DNA from: an uncultured Bacilli bacterium
GTDB lineage: Bacteria > Bacillota_I > Bacilli_A > RF39 > UBA660
Reading direction: 5' to 3'
DNA: 43,903 nucleotides
NCBI GenBank assembly: GCA_947623815.1
Contig: CANQHO010000003.1
Span: forward strand, 1 to 43,903
Each line of letters starts with the position of its first letter. Position 1 is the stretch's first letter. Shown piece by piece: positions 28,469-41,787 of this stretch. Under the pieces are notes generated by a model that did no database searches, had not been told where the DNA came from, and saw nothing but the letters and a program-made list of their open reading frames with translations. Made by a program: the position numbers and the translations under genes.

Positions 28469-28519
28469 ATCTATATTTTATCATGTTCAAAACCAAAAAA
28501 ACAATGAAATCATCATTGT

Positions 28520-29629
28520 TTATAAATATTTTTCAATTTTTTTAAAAGAACTATCCTCTAAATCAGTTTTAGATAACTTCTCCAATAATTGTTTTTGATC
28601 TCGGGACAATTTTTTAGGAATAACTACATTTAAAATAATATACATATCCCCTTTTCGTCCGGTACTAATATCCGAAATACCTTTACCTTTAATACGGTGT
28701 TTTTCCATCGGTTGACTACCAGCGGGAATCGTAAATTTAACATTTCCATAAAGAGTTGGAATATCCATTTTTTTACCTAAAATAGCATCCGTAATAGTAA
28801 TTGGTAAGTCTAAATATATATCATTGCCATCTCTTTCAAATAAAGGATGTTTTTTTACTTTAAACTCTAAATATAAATCCCCATTTGGTCCACCATGACT
28901 ACCAGTTTCTCCTTTACCAGCCAGTCTTAATCTATTACCATTGTCGACACCAGCCGGTATTTTGACATCCAATTCTTTTCTTCGATGAATTCTACCAGTT
29001 CCTCGACAAGTAGAACATTTTTTTTGGTAAGTTTCTCCTTTACCACCACAAGTAGGACAAGTAGTTCTAGTCATAAAAGTCCCAAATAAAGTGTGTTGTT
29101 CACTAGTTACCGTTCCACTTCCATGACAATTAGGACAAGTTGATTTACCATGTCCACCATCACCATGGCAGTCATCACAAGTATCCATAACTTCGACAGT
29201 AACCGTTTTATGGGTTCCAAAAACGGCTTCTTCAAAAGTTAATTCAACCGTTTTTAATAAGTCATTACCGCGACTAGCCCGATTGGATTTACGATGATTT
29301 CCGCCAAAACCACTGAAACCAGAAAAACCAAAGCCACCAAATAAATCATCAAAAATGTCGGAAAAATCAAAGTTAGAGAAATCAAATCCGCCACCATTAT
29401 TGCCACTGAAAGCGGCATGACCAAATTGATCATATTGTTTTCTTTTTGATTCATCGGATAAAACGGCATAGGCTTCTTGAGCCTCTTTAAATTTTGCTTC
29501 CGCATCTGGTTCTTTAGATACATCCGGGTGATATTTTTTGGCTAGTTTTCTAAAAGCGCTTTTTATTTCACTTTGACTAGCCGTTTTACTTACACCCAAA
29601 ACTTCATAATAATCTCTTTTTTCCATCAT
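28520..29629 (-). CDS. dnaJ: Chaperone DnaJ
   Basis: J domain DYYEVLGV...HPD, G/F-rich region, four CxxCxGxG repeats. Confidence 0.97.
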   Translation of the reverse strand: MMEKRDYYEVLGVSKTASQSEIKSAFRKLAKKYHPDVSKEPDAEAKFKEAQEAYAVLSDESKRKQYDQFGHAAFSGNNGGGFDFSNFDFSDIFDDLFGGFGFSGFSGFGGNHRKSNRASRGNDLLKTVELTFEEAVFGTHKTVTVEVMDTCDDCHGDGGHGKSTCPNCHGSGTVTSEQHTLFGTFMTRTTCPTCGGKGETYQKKCSTCRGTGRIHRRKELDVKIPAGVDNGNRLRLAGKGETGSHGGPNGDLYLEFKVKKHPLFERDGNDIYLDLPITITDAILGKKMDIPTLYGNVKFTIPAGSQPMEKHRIKGKGISDISTGRKGDMYIILNVVIPKKLSRDQKQLLEKLSKTDLEDSSFKKIEKYL

Positions 29630-29634
29630 ATCAC

Positions 29635-31434
29635 CTACTTATATTGTTTTTTAAATTCTTCTATGGTTGCTTCAAACATATTTAAAGCGCTTTCTATTAC
29701 TTCTTTTTTACTTATATCAACACCAGCTATTTTTAGTTCTTCCATCGGATAGTCTTTTCCGCCGCTTTTTAAGAAATTCAAATAATTTTCTAAAGCATTT
29801 TCTTTATTATTTAAAATTCCATCGACGATATAGCAAGCGGCTGATAAACCTAAAGCATACTTATACACATAAAAATCATAGTAGAAATGCGGTATTCTTT
29901 CCCATTCATATCTAATTAAATCATCTAAATGAACATCTTTACCAAAATACAATTCATTTAAACTGTAATAGTAATCACTTATCATTTTTTCGGTTAATAC
30001 TTCCCCATTTTCCATTCTTTTGTGGATATTCATTTCAAATTCCGCAAACATAGTTTGCCGATAAATAGTACTTTTAAATAATTCTAGTAATTGATTAAGC
30101 AAAAACAATTTTTCATTTTTGTCAGTGGCCTTATTATACATATATTTATTTAATAATATTTCATTAACTGTCGAAGCAACTTCGGCAACAAATATTTTAT
30201 AACTAGAATATTGATAAGGATTATTTTTACATGAATAATAGGTATGCATCGAATGACCAAGTTCATGGGCAAGGGTGGATACATCATGGAATTTACCTTC
30301 AAAATTCAAAAGAACATAAGGTTTAGTATCGTAAAAACCAGATGAATAAGCGCCACCCCTTTTTCCTTTATTAGGATATATATCAATCCATTTTTCATCA
30401 AAGGCTTTATTTAAATTAGTAACGTAATCATTACCTAAAACACTTAAGGCTTCAATCACTAATTTTTTGGCTTCATCAAAACTGTAATTTTTATCTAAAT
30501 CTTGAACTAATTCAGCATAGATATCATAAGAATGTAGTTCATCTAAATTTAACACTTCTTTTTTCAATTGATAATAATTATATATTTTATCCATATTTTG
30601 ATGAACAGTATCAATTAAATTTTGATAAACACTAACTGGTACGTTATCTTGAAATAAAGCGGCTTCAATACTATTATTATATTTTTTTATTTGGGAGATG
30701 GATGTTAAAACATCGACATTTCCTTTGAAAGTATTGGCAATAGTATTTTTAAAATTAGAATAAGTTTTAAACAAAAGTTCAAAAGCCCTTTTTCGAACAT
30801 TGCGATCTTTACTAGCAATATAAATGGCATAATTACTTTCTGTTAAAGTCACTTCATTTTTATTTTCATCTAAAATGGTTCCAAAAGTCATATCGGTATC
30901 AGTTAAACTTTCAAAAGTTTTTTCGGGATTATCAAAAGTTTTAGACATAATAGATAAAATATGTTCTTCTTCTTTAGATAAAATATGGGGTTTAAATCGA
31001 TATAAGTTTTCCAATATAAATTCATACTCTAATAATTTAGGTTCTTCTAAATAAAATTCTTTTATTTTATCATAGTCAATAGTCATAAGTTCTGGGGAAA
31101 CAAAGGATGAAATTTTTTCATATTCATTTAACAAAATAGTGGCTTTATTCTCTAATTCTTGATATAGAGTATTAGTTGAATCACTATCGTAATTTAAATG
31201 AGCATAGTAATATATTTTATATATTTTTCTTTCTATTTCATCACTTGATTTTAAATAATTATATAAGTTTTTCCCATTTAAAACTATTTGGCCTTGCCAT
31301 TTTTGAACATCTTTTATTTCATTTTTTACTTTATTATAATAATCATCAAATTCTTTTATATCTTTAAATATAGGTGTTAAATCCCATTTATATATGTTTT
31401 CTATTTCTTCTCTTTTTAGTTCTGATTTAGTCAT
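29635..31434 (-). CDS. pepF: Oligoendopeptidase F (M3B)
   Basis: [42 protein letters not shown]; 599 aa. Confidence 0.93.
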   Translation of the reverse strand: MTKSELKREEIENIYKWDLTPIFKDIKEFDDYYNKVKNEIKDVQKWQGQIVLNGKNLYNYLKSSDEIERKIYKIYYYAHLNYDSDSTNTLYQELENKATILLNEYEKISSFVSPELMTIDYDKIKEFYLEEPKLLEYEFILENLYRFKPHILSKEEEHILSIMSKTFDNPEKTFESLTDTDMTFGTILDENKNEVTLTESNYAIYIASKDRNVRKRAFELLFKTYSNFKNTIANTFKGNVDVLTSISQIKKYNNSIEAALFQDNVPVSVYQNLIDTVHQNMDKIYNYYQLKKEVLNLDELHSYDIYAELVQDLDKNYSFDEAKKLVIEALSVLGNDYVTNLNKAFDEKWIDIYPNKGKRGGAYSSGFYDTKPYVLLNFEGKFHDVSTLAHELGHSMHTYYSCKNNPYQYSSYKIFVAEVASTVNEILLNKYMYNKATDKNEKLFLLNQLLELFKSTIYRQTMFAEFEMNIHKRMENGEVLTEKMISDYYYSLNELYFGKDVHLDDLIRYEWERIPHFYYDFYVYKYALGLSAACYIVDGILNNKENALENYLNFLKSGGKDYPMEELKIAGVDISKKEVIESALNMFEATIEEFKKQYK

Positions 31435-31475
31435 TTTTTTCCTCTTTCCTAAGAAAAGTCCTAGACAACTAGAAC

Positions 31476-33874
<2,399 letters not shown>

Positions 33875-33883
33875 AGCGACCTC

Positions 33884-34873
33884 CTATTTTTCTAAGTTCT
33901 TTTTTATATAGTCAAGTAAGGTTACGATGCGATCGTAGTCTAGTCTAGTTGGACCTATAAGGGCTAAAGTCCCTTCTTCCCCATCGACGTGATAATGGGT
34001 TTTTATGATTGATACATTGTCGTCAAATTCTGATTCACTTCCTATGTAAACTTTGATTTCATCATTGTCTTCTTTGATGTTTTTTATAAATTCTTTATCT
34101 TCAAATTTATCTAATATTTCTCTTATTTTTGTAACATCATTGAATTCGGGTTGTTTTAAGATATTAGTTGTCCCAATCATTTTGATATTGGCATCAGCCG
34201 CGAATTCGTTTATAAAGGTACAAAAAGCATCAAACAGTTTTCTTTGATATAAAACGTTATCGTTGATAATTGGTTTTACTTCAAATTCTAGTTTGGCTAT
34301 TACTTCCTCTAATGATGTTCCGGAAATATGCTTGTTGATTAAGTCGACTGTTTGTTTGACTTCTAATGGTGAAATTTTATCTTCGAGTAATACTTTTTTA
34401 TTTTCAACGTGTCCTTTATCGGTGACGATTAAAGCAACTAGTTGTTGATCGGTTACCGGTATTACTTCTACTTTGCTTATTATATTTTCCCGAGCGGAAC
34501 TTCCTAAAGAAATTATAGTACAGTTAGTTAGTTCGGCAACTATTTCTAAACTTTTACTAACGGCATCACTTAAAACTAAGGAATTGTTCGAAAAGATAGT
34601 TTGGAGTTTCAACATATCTTCCCCAGTTAGTTCTTTGGGTTTCATCAAGTTATCGACATAATAACGATAGCCTTTTTCACTAGGTATTCGCCCTGATGAA
34701 ATATGGGTTTTTTCTAAAAGTTCTAAGTTTTCTAGTTCACTCATTTCGTTTCGGATGGTGGCACTTGAACAGTTTAATTCTTGACATAAACTTTTAGAAC
34801 CGATAGGTTTAGCGGATTTGACATATTCTTCGACAATTATTTTTAGTAATTTTTCTTGTCTTAATGTAAGCAC
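33884..34873 (-). CDS. hrcA: Heat-inducible transcription repressor HrcA
   Basis: PIGSK, SSATIRNEM, HISSGRIPSEKGYRYYVD, QPEF, IGPTRLDY. Confidence 0.96.
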   Translation of the reverse strand: MLTLRQEKLLKIIVEEYVKSAKPIGSKSLCQELNCSSATIRNEMSELENLELLEKTHISSGRIPSEKGYRYYVDNLMKPKELTGEDMLKLQTIFSNNSLVLSDAVSKSLEIVAELTNCTIISLGSSARENIISKVEVIPVTDQQLVALIVTDKGHVENKKVLLEDKISPLEVKQTVDLINKHISGTSLEEVIAKLEFEVKPIINDNVLYQRKLFDAFCTFINEFAADANIKMIGTTNILKQPEFNDVTKIREILDKFEDKEFIKNIKEDNDEIKVYIGSESEFDDNVSIIKTHYHVDGEEGTLALIGPTRLDYDRIVTLLDYIKKNLEK

Positions 34874-34932
34874 GGCATCACTTCCTGACTATAGCACTAT
34901 TTCCTTTTATTTACTTGCCAAATTGTATCTTT

Positions 34933-34959
34933 TTGGCATTCTCTTTAATGAAGTGCTAT
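34933..34959 (-). promoter_or_regulatory. CIRCE operator 2 (degenerate)
   Basis: ATAGCACTT-N9-GAATGCCAA versus consensus TTAGCACTC-N9-GAGTGCTAA. Confidence 0.7.
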
Positions 34960-34963
34960 CGTC

Positions 34964-34992
34964 ATTATACTATGATATGCTAGCAAAGTCAA
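34964..34992 (-). promoter_or_regulatory. Sigma-A promoter of the hrcA operon
   Basis: TTGACT-N17-TATAAT. Confidence 0.85.
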
Positions 34993-35006
34993 TATATGAG
35001 TGCTAA
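34980..35006 (-). promoter_or_regulatory. CIRCE operator 1, overlapping the -35
   Basis: TTAGCACTC-N9-CTTTGCTAG (perfect left arm). Confidence 0.8.
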
Positions 35007-35012
35007 TTTTTT

Positions 35013-35639
35013 TTAAAGCCTTTTTGAAAAAACGGTTTTACAGTCATAACAAACATTTTCGATGGGACTTACAATAACTGCATCGGTTAAATTGGTTCCA
35101 CAAATATCTTTATCAAAAAGAGTTTCAAAGTTGATAATAGCCCCGGTACTGCCAGTAAAATCGGTTTTTAAAATAAAAGCTTCATCAAAAGAATTTACTA
35201 ATAAAGTATCAGTTAATACCGTTTCTCTAAAATTTTTTAAATGAATAGTTTGCGGATCTATAATAGCGTTTTTACTACCTTCAAAGTTGGCTCCAACTAT
35301 TTTGGCATCTTTAAAAGGACCCGTAAATGTTACTCCATTCAATATAGTGTATTCTAAATTTTTATCATAAATAGTTTGGGGATTGATAAAAACATTTAAA
35401 CAATCTGTAAAGTCTAAACCTTTTATATTGACATTATCAAAAGATATAGGTAAAAAATCTATTTTTTTTAATAGTTCCCAATCTAAAGCAAACTCTTTGG
35501 ATGATTCTTTAGTAAAAATTACATCATCTATTATTTGTTTTTCCCAAAATAATTTTATTTTTTGATCTGATGAATATTCTTCTAAATATTTTTTTAATTT
35601 TTCTCTTAATTCTATTATTTTTGTTTCATAAATTGTCAT
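35013..35639 (-). CDS. Pentapeptide-repeat-like protein
   Basis: About three 42-aa units (INPQTIYDKNL..., IDPQTIHLKNF..., INFETLFDKDI...) containing A(N/D)F/L-type pentapeptides. Confidence 0.7.
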   Translation of the reverse strand: MTIYETKIIELREKLKKYLEEYSSDQKIKLFWEKQIIDDVIFTKESSKEFALDWELLKKIDFLPISFDNVNIKGLDFTDCLNVFINPQTIYDKNLEYTILNGVTFTGPFKDAKIVGANFEGSKNAIIDPQTIHLKNFRETVLTDTLLVNSFDEAFILKTDFTGSTGAIINFETLFDKDICGTNLTDAVIVSPIENVCYDCKTVFSKRL

Positions 35640-36856
35640 TTTACACCTCTATTTACGTTATAATTATCTGTTTCTATATTTTCTTTTAAATTGTTTATTT
35701 TTTCATTATATACTTGGGATATAGTACTTTTTAGTTCTCTTGCGGTTTTACTATCTATTAAACCTTCTAAAAATCCATTATCAATTCTATTTAAAATAAA
35801 TTCTTTTTCTTGGAATAATTGTTCTTTTTCTTTTCCTTCTAATTCAATTTTAATATTAAAAAGTTGTTCAACTATTTGAATATTTTTATTTTTTTCTTCT
35901 TTTAATTTAGTTAAAATAGTATTTAATATATTTTGATACATCATATTCTTATTATCAAAATTTAAAGTAGATGCTTGGTTATTTTTAATAAGAAATTTTT
36001 GTTTTTTTTGTTCGTTAGTTACGATATCTTCTTTTAAAAATTTAATAACATCTGTTACTGTATCGTAATTTTTTATTCTTTTATTTAAAGTTTCAATATA
36101 TTTTAATGTTTTTAAATCAGTAGCATTTTTATTAAAATAAATATTAAATAGATATTTTATCCAACTACTAGCGGAACTTAATTTTAATTTAGAAACATCA
36201 ATATATAAACTTCCATTGTTTCCAAATAATTGTTTAAAAACTTCTATATCATCTTGTTTAAATAGATACCTTTTATTGGATTCAAATTTTTTTAAATAGG
36301 ATACTAAATGTAATAGATGTTGTTTTCTTTTTTCCATTTCTTCTTTAACTTTTTGTTCAGCTTTTACTATATCTAAAGTATCAATTGTTAAAGAATCGTG
36401 TAGTATGTCTTTACCAATTTTAATATCTATTACTTGATAGTCATCTTTATTTATTTTATCCGTTATCCATTCTTCCCCTTCAAAACCATTATTGTAATGA
36501 CCTTGTAATGAAGGTTTAATAAAGGGTTTTCTTATATCTATATTTTTAGTATTTATAGAATACACTATTCCAACGGCCGGGATTCTTATGTCTTCTTTGG
36601 GGTTAATACCAATAGTTATATCTTTATCAATAATAGTTCCATCAAAAGGACTTACTTTAGCATATGCTCCTAAAGCCATGTTTTTATTAGTAGTCATATA
36701 AAGACCATATTCATTACCATCAGCTACAACTTTTCTGCCATTTTCATCTATTTGATAAGGATTAGGTGGATATAAATTAGTATCATAAAATTTAAAATTT
36801 TTTAACATATCATAAGTTATTTTAACACCTCGATATAGTATTTCTGGTTTATTCAT
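35636..36856 (-). CDS. Hypothetical protein with ADP-ribosyltransferase-like N-terminal domain and helical C-terminus
   Basis: ILYRG, GLYMTTN..MA..YA, GIVYSI and EGEEWI in the order expected for an ART fold. Confidence 0.55.
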   Translation of the reverse strand: MNKPEILYRGVKITYDMLKNFKFYDTNLYPPNPYQIDENGRKVVADGNEYGLYMTTNKNMALGAYAKVSPFDGTIIDKDITIGINPKEDIRIPAVGIVYSINTKNIDIRKPFIKPSLQGHYNNGFEGEEWITDKINKDDYQVIDIKIGKDILHDSLTIDTLDIVKAEQKVKEEMEKRKQHLLHLVSYLKKFESNKRYLFKQDDIEVFKQLFGNNGSLYIDVSKLKLSSASSWIKYLFNIYFNKNATDLKTLKYIETLNKRIKNYDTVTDVIKFLKEDIVTNEQKKQKFLIKNNQASTLNFDNKNMMYQNILNTILTKLKEEKNKNIQIVEQLFNIKIELEGKEKEQLFQEKEFILNRIDNGFLEGLIDSKTARELKSTISQVYNEKINNLKENIETDNYNVNRGVK

Positions 36857-36920
36857 CGTCTACTCCTTTTAAAACTTTTAACAATACAATTTTACCATAT
36901 TTTTTAAACAATAAATATAA

Positions 36921-36946
36921 AAGCATACACTTTTTGGTGTATACTT
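36921..36946 (-). terminator. Intrinsic terminator
   Basis: aagtatacac...gtgtatgctt followed by Ts on the minus strand. Confidence 0.65.
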
Positions 36947-36954
36947 GATTTATT

Positions 36955-38838
36955 TTATTCTATTATAAGGGAAGCTGTGGCCATATTGTTTTCATATTTA
37001 ACAAGATAATTTCCTATTTTTAAATTAGATCCCGATACAACACTTCCATATTTATCTAATGTTAATTCTCCACTACTTGGAGCCTCTCCTTTTATATCTA
37101 AAGTTAGTTCATTACCATTTGAACATTTTAATTTACTATTTTGTAAAACTGTACATTTACCAGCCATATTAATGTTAGTATTTGCCATCATCTTTAAAAC
37201 AGCGGCTTTTTCAGCGGCTTCGACATAGGCATAAGCTGTACTTTCGGCTACTGTTTTTCTATTTTGACTAATACTATCTAAACCTAACCCATTTAATTTT
37301 TCTAAGGCTTTAGACATTTTATTTTCATCACTTGGTGTCATTTGATCAACTGGTAAGGCTTTACTAACATCGATATCGTTTACTGTTTTACCTTTTTCAA
37401 CTGTCAAATTCATTATAATTTCTAATTTATTATTATCAGTTGAATTAACGGTAAATTTAAATTGACTATCAGTTTTCTTCCCGCTTGATTTAGAAGTTGC
37501 CACAATTGTTCCAGTAATTTTATTAGTATCGTTGATAGTATAATCAATATCGATATTTTCAAAATCAAATTTTTTAACAACCATATTAACAACTTCAGTT
37601 TTTTGATTATTTGATATAGTGTTAATACTTATGTTAGTATTTTCTTTTTCTTTTTTAGAAGTTATTTCCATAACGGCTTTTCCATCAGAAATTGAGGCCA
37701 TATAACCATTATTTTTATAATTATAATATACTAATTTATCATTGTCATTTTTAAATGCTATTCCCACAAATTTATTAGTAAATCCTTTGGTATAAATTAT
37801 AAGTGAGGCTTTTTCATCAAAATTATTAAAGTTTTCTTCCTTTCCCCAAGTTTCAATATTTTCTTTAATTTTATTTTTATCAGTTTTAGATAAATCAGCT
37901 ATTTTATCTATTAACTTATCATTTTTTGATAAACTATTAGAAAGTTTTTTCATTAAATCTTTTACAGTTTCTTGTTTTATTTCATAAGTTACACTTTTAA
38001 CTTTGACTTTTTGACCATTGATTTCAATAGTATCTTTTCCAGCTTTTAAATATTTTTTATCTAATGATTTTATTAAAGAGTCTTTAAATTCTTTAGTTAT
38101 AAAGTTGATATCATCAAATATCTTATCATTACTAGTGGTACTAAATAATTTACTAAAATCTTCTTCTCCTATGTCATAAATATTATCGAAAAGACTTTTA
38201 CTTTTTATATATTCATGATTATTTTTTAAGTATATACTAATATCTCCAATATTTTGATTATTTTGATTTAAAGATCCGGTAACTTCAACAAGTTTTTTAT
38301 TTTGATCAATTCCACCATTAAATAAAACTTTATTAGTAGTAGTAGAATTTAATTGAAGATCACCATTAAAAGTTAAGTTTTCTTTAGAGTTATAATAATT
38401 ATAGTTATTTTGTAATTTATCTAAAGTATTACTTAGACCATCATAAAAAGTATTTATGGTTGTTTTAACAATCACTTTAGGATTATTTAATACTTGGGTA
38501 TAAAATATCCCTAATAAAACGGCTATTAAAACAATAACTAAAATGATTATTGGGGCTTTGTTGTTTTTAGGTTTTACTGTTGGTTGATTACTTATATTGC
38601 TTGATTCATTTGTTGGTTGATTATCTACATTGTTTGGTTCACTTGTTGATTGATTAACCATATTGCTTGGTTCAATTGTTGATTGATTATCTACATTGCT
38701 TGGTTCATTTGTTGATTGATTATCCACATTGCTTGATTCGCTTGTTGATTGATTATCTACATTGCTTGGTTCATTTGTTGGTTGACTTTCTACATTGTTT
38801 TCTTCCTCTGTTGATTTAATATTATTTGAATTATCCAT
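36955..38838 (-). CDS. Single-pass membrane protein with N-terminal 11-aa repeats and type-IV-pilin-like C-terminal domain
   Basis: Likely start MDNSNNIK at 38838 (GAGGAG RBS); TM PIIILVIVLIAVLLGIFY; beta-rich ectodomain; C-terminus STAYAYVEAAE...IKGEAPSSGELTL. Confidence 0.65.
   Translation of the reverse strand: MDNSNNIKSTEEENNVESQPTNEPSNVDNQSTSESSNVDNQSTNEPSNVDNQSTIEPSNMVNQSTSEPNNVDNQPTNESSNISNQPTVKPKNNKAPIIILVIVLIAVLLGIFYTQVLNNPKVIVKTTINTFYDGLSNTLDKLQNNYNYYNSKENLTFNGDLQLNSTTTNKVLFNGGIDQNKKLVEVTGSLNQNNQNIGDISIYLKNNHEYIKSKSLFDNIYDIGEEDFSKLFSTTSNDKIFDDINFITKEFKDSLIKSLDKKYLKAGKDTIEINGQKVKVKSVTYEIKQETVKDLMKKLSNSLSKNDKLIDKIADLSKTDKNKIKENIETWGKEENFNNFDEKASLIIYTKGFTNKFVGIAFKNDNDKLVYYNYKNNGYMASISDGKAVMEITSKKEKENTNISINTISNNQKTEVVNMVVKKFDFENIDIDYTINDTNKITGTIVATSKSSGKKTDSQFKFTVNSTDNNKLEIIMNLTVEKGKTVNDIDVSKALPVDQMTPSDENKMSKALEKLNGLGLDSISQNRKTVAESTAYAYVEAAEKAAVLKMMANTNINMAGKCTVLQNSKLKCSNGNELTLDIKGEAPSSGELTLDKYGSVVSGSNLKIGNYLVKYENNMATASLIIE
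38578..38800. repeat. 33-bp tandem repeat, 6 copies plus a partial
   Basis: Encodes TNEPSNVDNQS / TSESSNVDNQS / TNEPSNVDNQS / TIEPSNMVNQS / TSEPNNVDNQP / TNESSNISNQP. Confidence 0.92.
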
Positions 38839-38935
38839 TTTTTTTACTCCTCTCACTACTCTATAAATATACCATATTTAGACATAAAAAGTCTACTTAA
38901 ACAACATATATAACCAAAAGAACCAATCGGTTCTC

Positions 38936-39745
38936 TTACGATACGAGCTGATATTCATCCTTTACTTTTTTAAACGTTGCTGTTTTATATTTTTTTATTT
39001 TATTACCCACAACCGTACCATTTTCTTTCCACTTACTCTTTTCTAAATTCTTATCACTTGGTTCAACATAATAATTAACTTCACAAGCTAAAGTTTTTAA
39101 AGAATCAGTAGTATAACAATTTTGAATAGAAATTATTTCTGAACTTTTTAAAGTAGACCACTTATTAACTACTGATAACCCATTCACATAAGTCAAAAAA
39201 GAATTAGACATCGTAGAAAAAGCCGTACTATCTTTCAAAAAGAATATCTTTTGGTAAGTTGTTTCCTTATTTTTTCTATCTATTTCGCTTTGATTCAAAA
39301 GCAAATTACAAGAAGTTACTAAAACTTGATTTTTTATTTCTAAAGGACAAGTTTCCTTTTCAATGGTCAAAGTATAAGCAACCGCATTTTTAGTATATTT
39401 ACCAGTTAAAACAACCGAATCAGCCACATACTTAAAAGTATCATCATTATAAAAAGTCAAATTTTTTCCATCCTTAGATAAAGTATAAGTAGTTACAGCC
39501 GTTTTATATTCTGGTGTAGCCTTACTTTCATATATTTGAAATAAATCCCAACCTAGAAAATACTGTAAAGTAGTAAATACCGCAAAAACAAAAATAGCTA
39601 CCATAAATACCGGTTTAAAACTTTTTATATTGAGTTTTTTCTTCAAAGGATTTAAACTAAGTTTTCTTTTGACAACCTTTTTACTTTCCCCGTCTTCATC
39701 AAAATCCAAAACTTCGATTTTTTTCCCATAATATTCTTTTTCCAT
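38936..39745 (-). CDS. Hypothetical single-pass membrane protein
   Basis: Charged N-terminus, one TM (VFMVAIFVFAVFTTLQYFLGW), ectodomain with two Cys pairs. Confidence 0.75.
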   Translation of the reverse strand: MEKEYYGKKIEVLDFDEDGESKKVVKRKLSLNPLKKKLNIKSFKPVFMVAIFVFAVFTTLQYFLGWDLFQIYESKATPEYKTAVTTYTLSKDGKNLTFYNDDTFKYVADSVVLTGKYTKNAVAYTLTIEKETCPLEIKNQVLVTSCNLLLNQSEIDRKNKETTYQKIFFLKDSTAFSTMSNSFLTYVNGLSVVNKWSTLKSSEIISIQNCYTTDSLKTLACEVNYYVEPSDKNLEKSKWKENGTVVGNKIKKYKTATFKKVKDEYQLVS

Positions 39746-39794
39746 ATATATGTCTCCTGTTTGTATTATATCAAAATATTAGTTTTTTTACAAG

Positions 39795-40730
39795 TTATAC
39801 CCGGTGGCATTTACTACCCCAAGCATCGACTAATTCATCATCTTTATAAATTCTTAAAATTTCACAATGATTAGAGCATCTATTACACTCTTCCCCTTTA
39901 GTTACAAAAGAAATATCATGAAAATTTAAATTGTATACCTTATCAGTTTCTTTTTGTTTAGCCAATATAGCCATACCCATTGCTCCCATTAAATGACCAT
40001 TGGGATCGACAATAATTGGCATTTTTAAAACTTCCTTAAAATACTTTACTACCCCTTTATTCTTACTAACTCCCCCTTGAAAAACAATTGGTCCTTCGAT
40101 TTTCTTACCCTTGCCTAAATTATTTAAATAATTTAAAACAATACTTTTACAAAGTCCGGCAATAATATCTTCTTTAGAATAACCCAAACCAGCTTTATGA
40201 ATTAAATCGGACTCCGCAAAAACCGTACAACGGGCCGCTATTTTAACGGGAGTTTTACTTTTTAAAGCCATGTTACCAAATTCTTCAATCGGAATAGATA
40301 ATCTTTTAGCTTGACTGGATAAAAAAGCCCCTGTTCCCGCCGCACATAAAGTATTCATCGAATAATCGACAATAATACCATTTCTTAAAATAATTATTTT
40401 ACTATCTTGTCCGCCAATTTCCAAAATAGTTTTTACATCCGGATGAATGGCTAAAGTTCCAATCGCATGAGCCGTAATTTCATTTTTAACAATCGATGCA
40501 TCAACCATTAAACCAATCAATTTTCTAGCACTACCTGTTGTTCCTATACCTTTTAAAACATAATCATCAGGTAATTGTTCTTTTAAAGATTTTATCAACT
40601 TTTTAACGGCTTGAATAGGTTCACCATTAGTTTCTAAATAGTCTTTGGCTAAAATATTGTTGTTATAATCAATAATAACCCCTTTAGTACTAATCGAACC
40701 TATATCAATTCCTAAATAACACTTTTTCAT
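39795..40730 (-). CDS. Acyl-CoA dehydratase activase (HgdC/BcrAD-BadFG family ATPase)
   Basis: GIDIGSISTK, EITAHA, EIGGQDSK, MNTLCAAGTG, RCTVFAESD, C-terminal CxxCxNxC. Confidence 0.9.
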   Translation of the reverse strand: MKKCYLGIDIGSISTKGVIIDYNNNILAKDYLETNGEPIQAVKKLIKSLKEQLPDDYVLKGIGTTGSARKLIGLMVDASIVKNEITAHAIGTLAIHPDVKTILEIGGQDSKIIILRNGIIVDYSMNTLCAAGTGAFLSSQAKRLSIPIEEFGNMALKSKTPVKIAARCTVFAESDLIHKAGLGYSKEDIIAGLCKSIVLNYLNNLGKGKKIEGPIVFQGGVSKNKGVVKYFKEVLKMPIIVDPNGHLMGAMGMAILAKQKETDKVYNLNFHDISFVTKGEECNRCSNHCEILRIYKDDELVDAWGSKCHRV

Positions 40731-41787
40731 TTTCCTTCCTCATTTCTATCATATCGACAAACGCTTCACATCTAGTTTTCATACCTACTTTAGAAGTATT
40801 GGTATCAAATGAAAATTCTAATAATGGCATATCATATTTTTGACATATTTTTTTAATTATTAAAGAGGCACCTATTTCGGGAGTACAAAAACTACTTTTT
40901 ATATGAATTACCCCATCAAATTTTTCTTCACAAAGTTCTATACATCGACCAATGTTATCAGCCGCATCAGCCCCCATTTTATACTTAATATAATCTTTGG
41001 CTTTTTTTAAATATTTTTTTACTTTTTTCTTTTTTTCAAATAATAAATATGTCGCATTGGTATATCTTTTTATCGCAATACCATGACTCGCTAGTTCTAA
41101 TTCTAATTCATAATTGGCACTTGGTTCCATAACGGTATAAAGTTCCCCAATAATTCCTACTTGAAAACGGGGTTCATTTTTAAGTTTTATATTTTTAAAT
41201 TTATTTTTGTAATAACGATATTTTCTTTTTAAGGAAAAATAACCTTTAGTTTTACTAAATGAATTAAGCATTTCTTTTTTTAAATTTAAAAAACTGTTTT
41301 TTTCTTGTTCAAAACCGATATTATACCTTATATATTCATCTATTTCATCCATATATTTAACCATATTTTTAGTTATAAATAAGTAGTATAAACCTTTTAA
41401 AATGGAAAATTTAGGATCTATTTTTTTAAATTGTTTGATTATTTTTTTGATGTCGGTTTTTCCTTCGGTTACTAAGTTTATATAAGTGAAATGGTAGTTT
41501 AAATTTTTAAGTATTTCTTTTTGGAGTTCATGGTAATAACCATAACGACATCCGCCCCCTAATTGAATTAAAACATTGGCTCCTAGTTCTAAACATTCGA
41601 TAAAGGTACCTAAAGTGTATTTAAAAGGGGTACAAACAAAGTCAGGAGAGTATCTACTTCCTAGTTCAATCGTTTCACTACTGATATGGGGTATATATAA
41701 AGTTTCAGCCCGGACAATATGTTTTAGTAAATAAGTTATAGGATAAGCATAGTCTCCCACTTGGGGAAAAGCAATTATTTTATTCAT
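40705..41787 (-). CDS. 2-hydroxyacyl-CoA dehydratase-like / activase-associated protein
   Basis: SPDFVCTPFK, GGCRYGYY, GIIGELY, DGVIH..SFCTPE, TRCEAFVDM; likely start MNKIIAF at 41787. Confidence 0.75.
   Translation of the reverse strand: MNKIIAFPQVGDYAYPITYLLKHIVRAETLYIPHISSETIELGSRYSPDFVCTPFKYTLGTFIECLELGANVLIQLGGGCRYGYYHELQKEILKNLNYHFTYINLVTEGKTDIKKIIKQFKKIDPKFSILKGLYYLFITKNMVKYMDEIDEYIRYNIGFEQEKNSFLNLKKEMLNSFSKTKGYFSLKRKYRYYKNKFKNIKLKNEPRFQVGIIGELYTVMEPSANYELELELASHGIAIKRYTNATYLLFEKKKKVKKYLKKAKDYIKYKMGADAADNIGRCIELCEEKFDGVIHIKSSFCTPEIGASLIIKKICQKYDMPLLEFSFDTNTSKVGMKTRCEAFVDMIEMRKENEKVLFRN

Noticed and set aside
38578-38800. 33-bp periodic repeat as a possible CRISPR array
   Set aside because: Repeats are contiguous with no unique spacers, are in frame within a CDS, and no cas genes are nearby.
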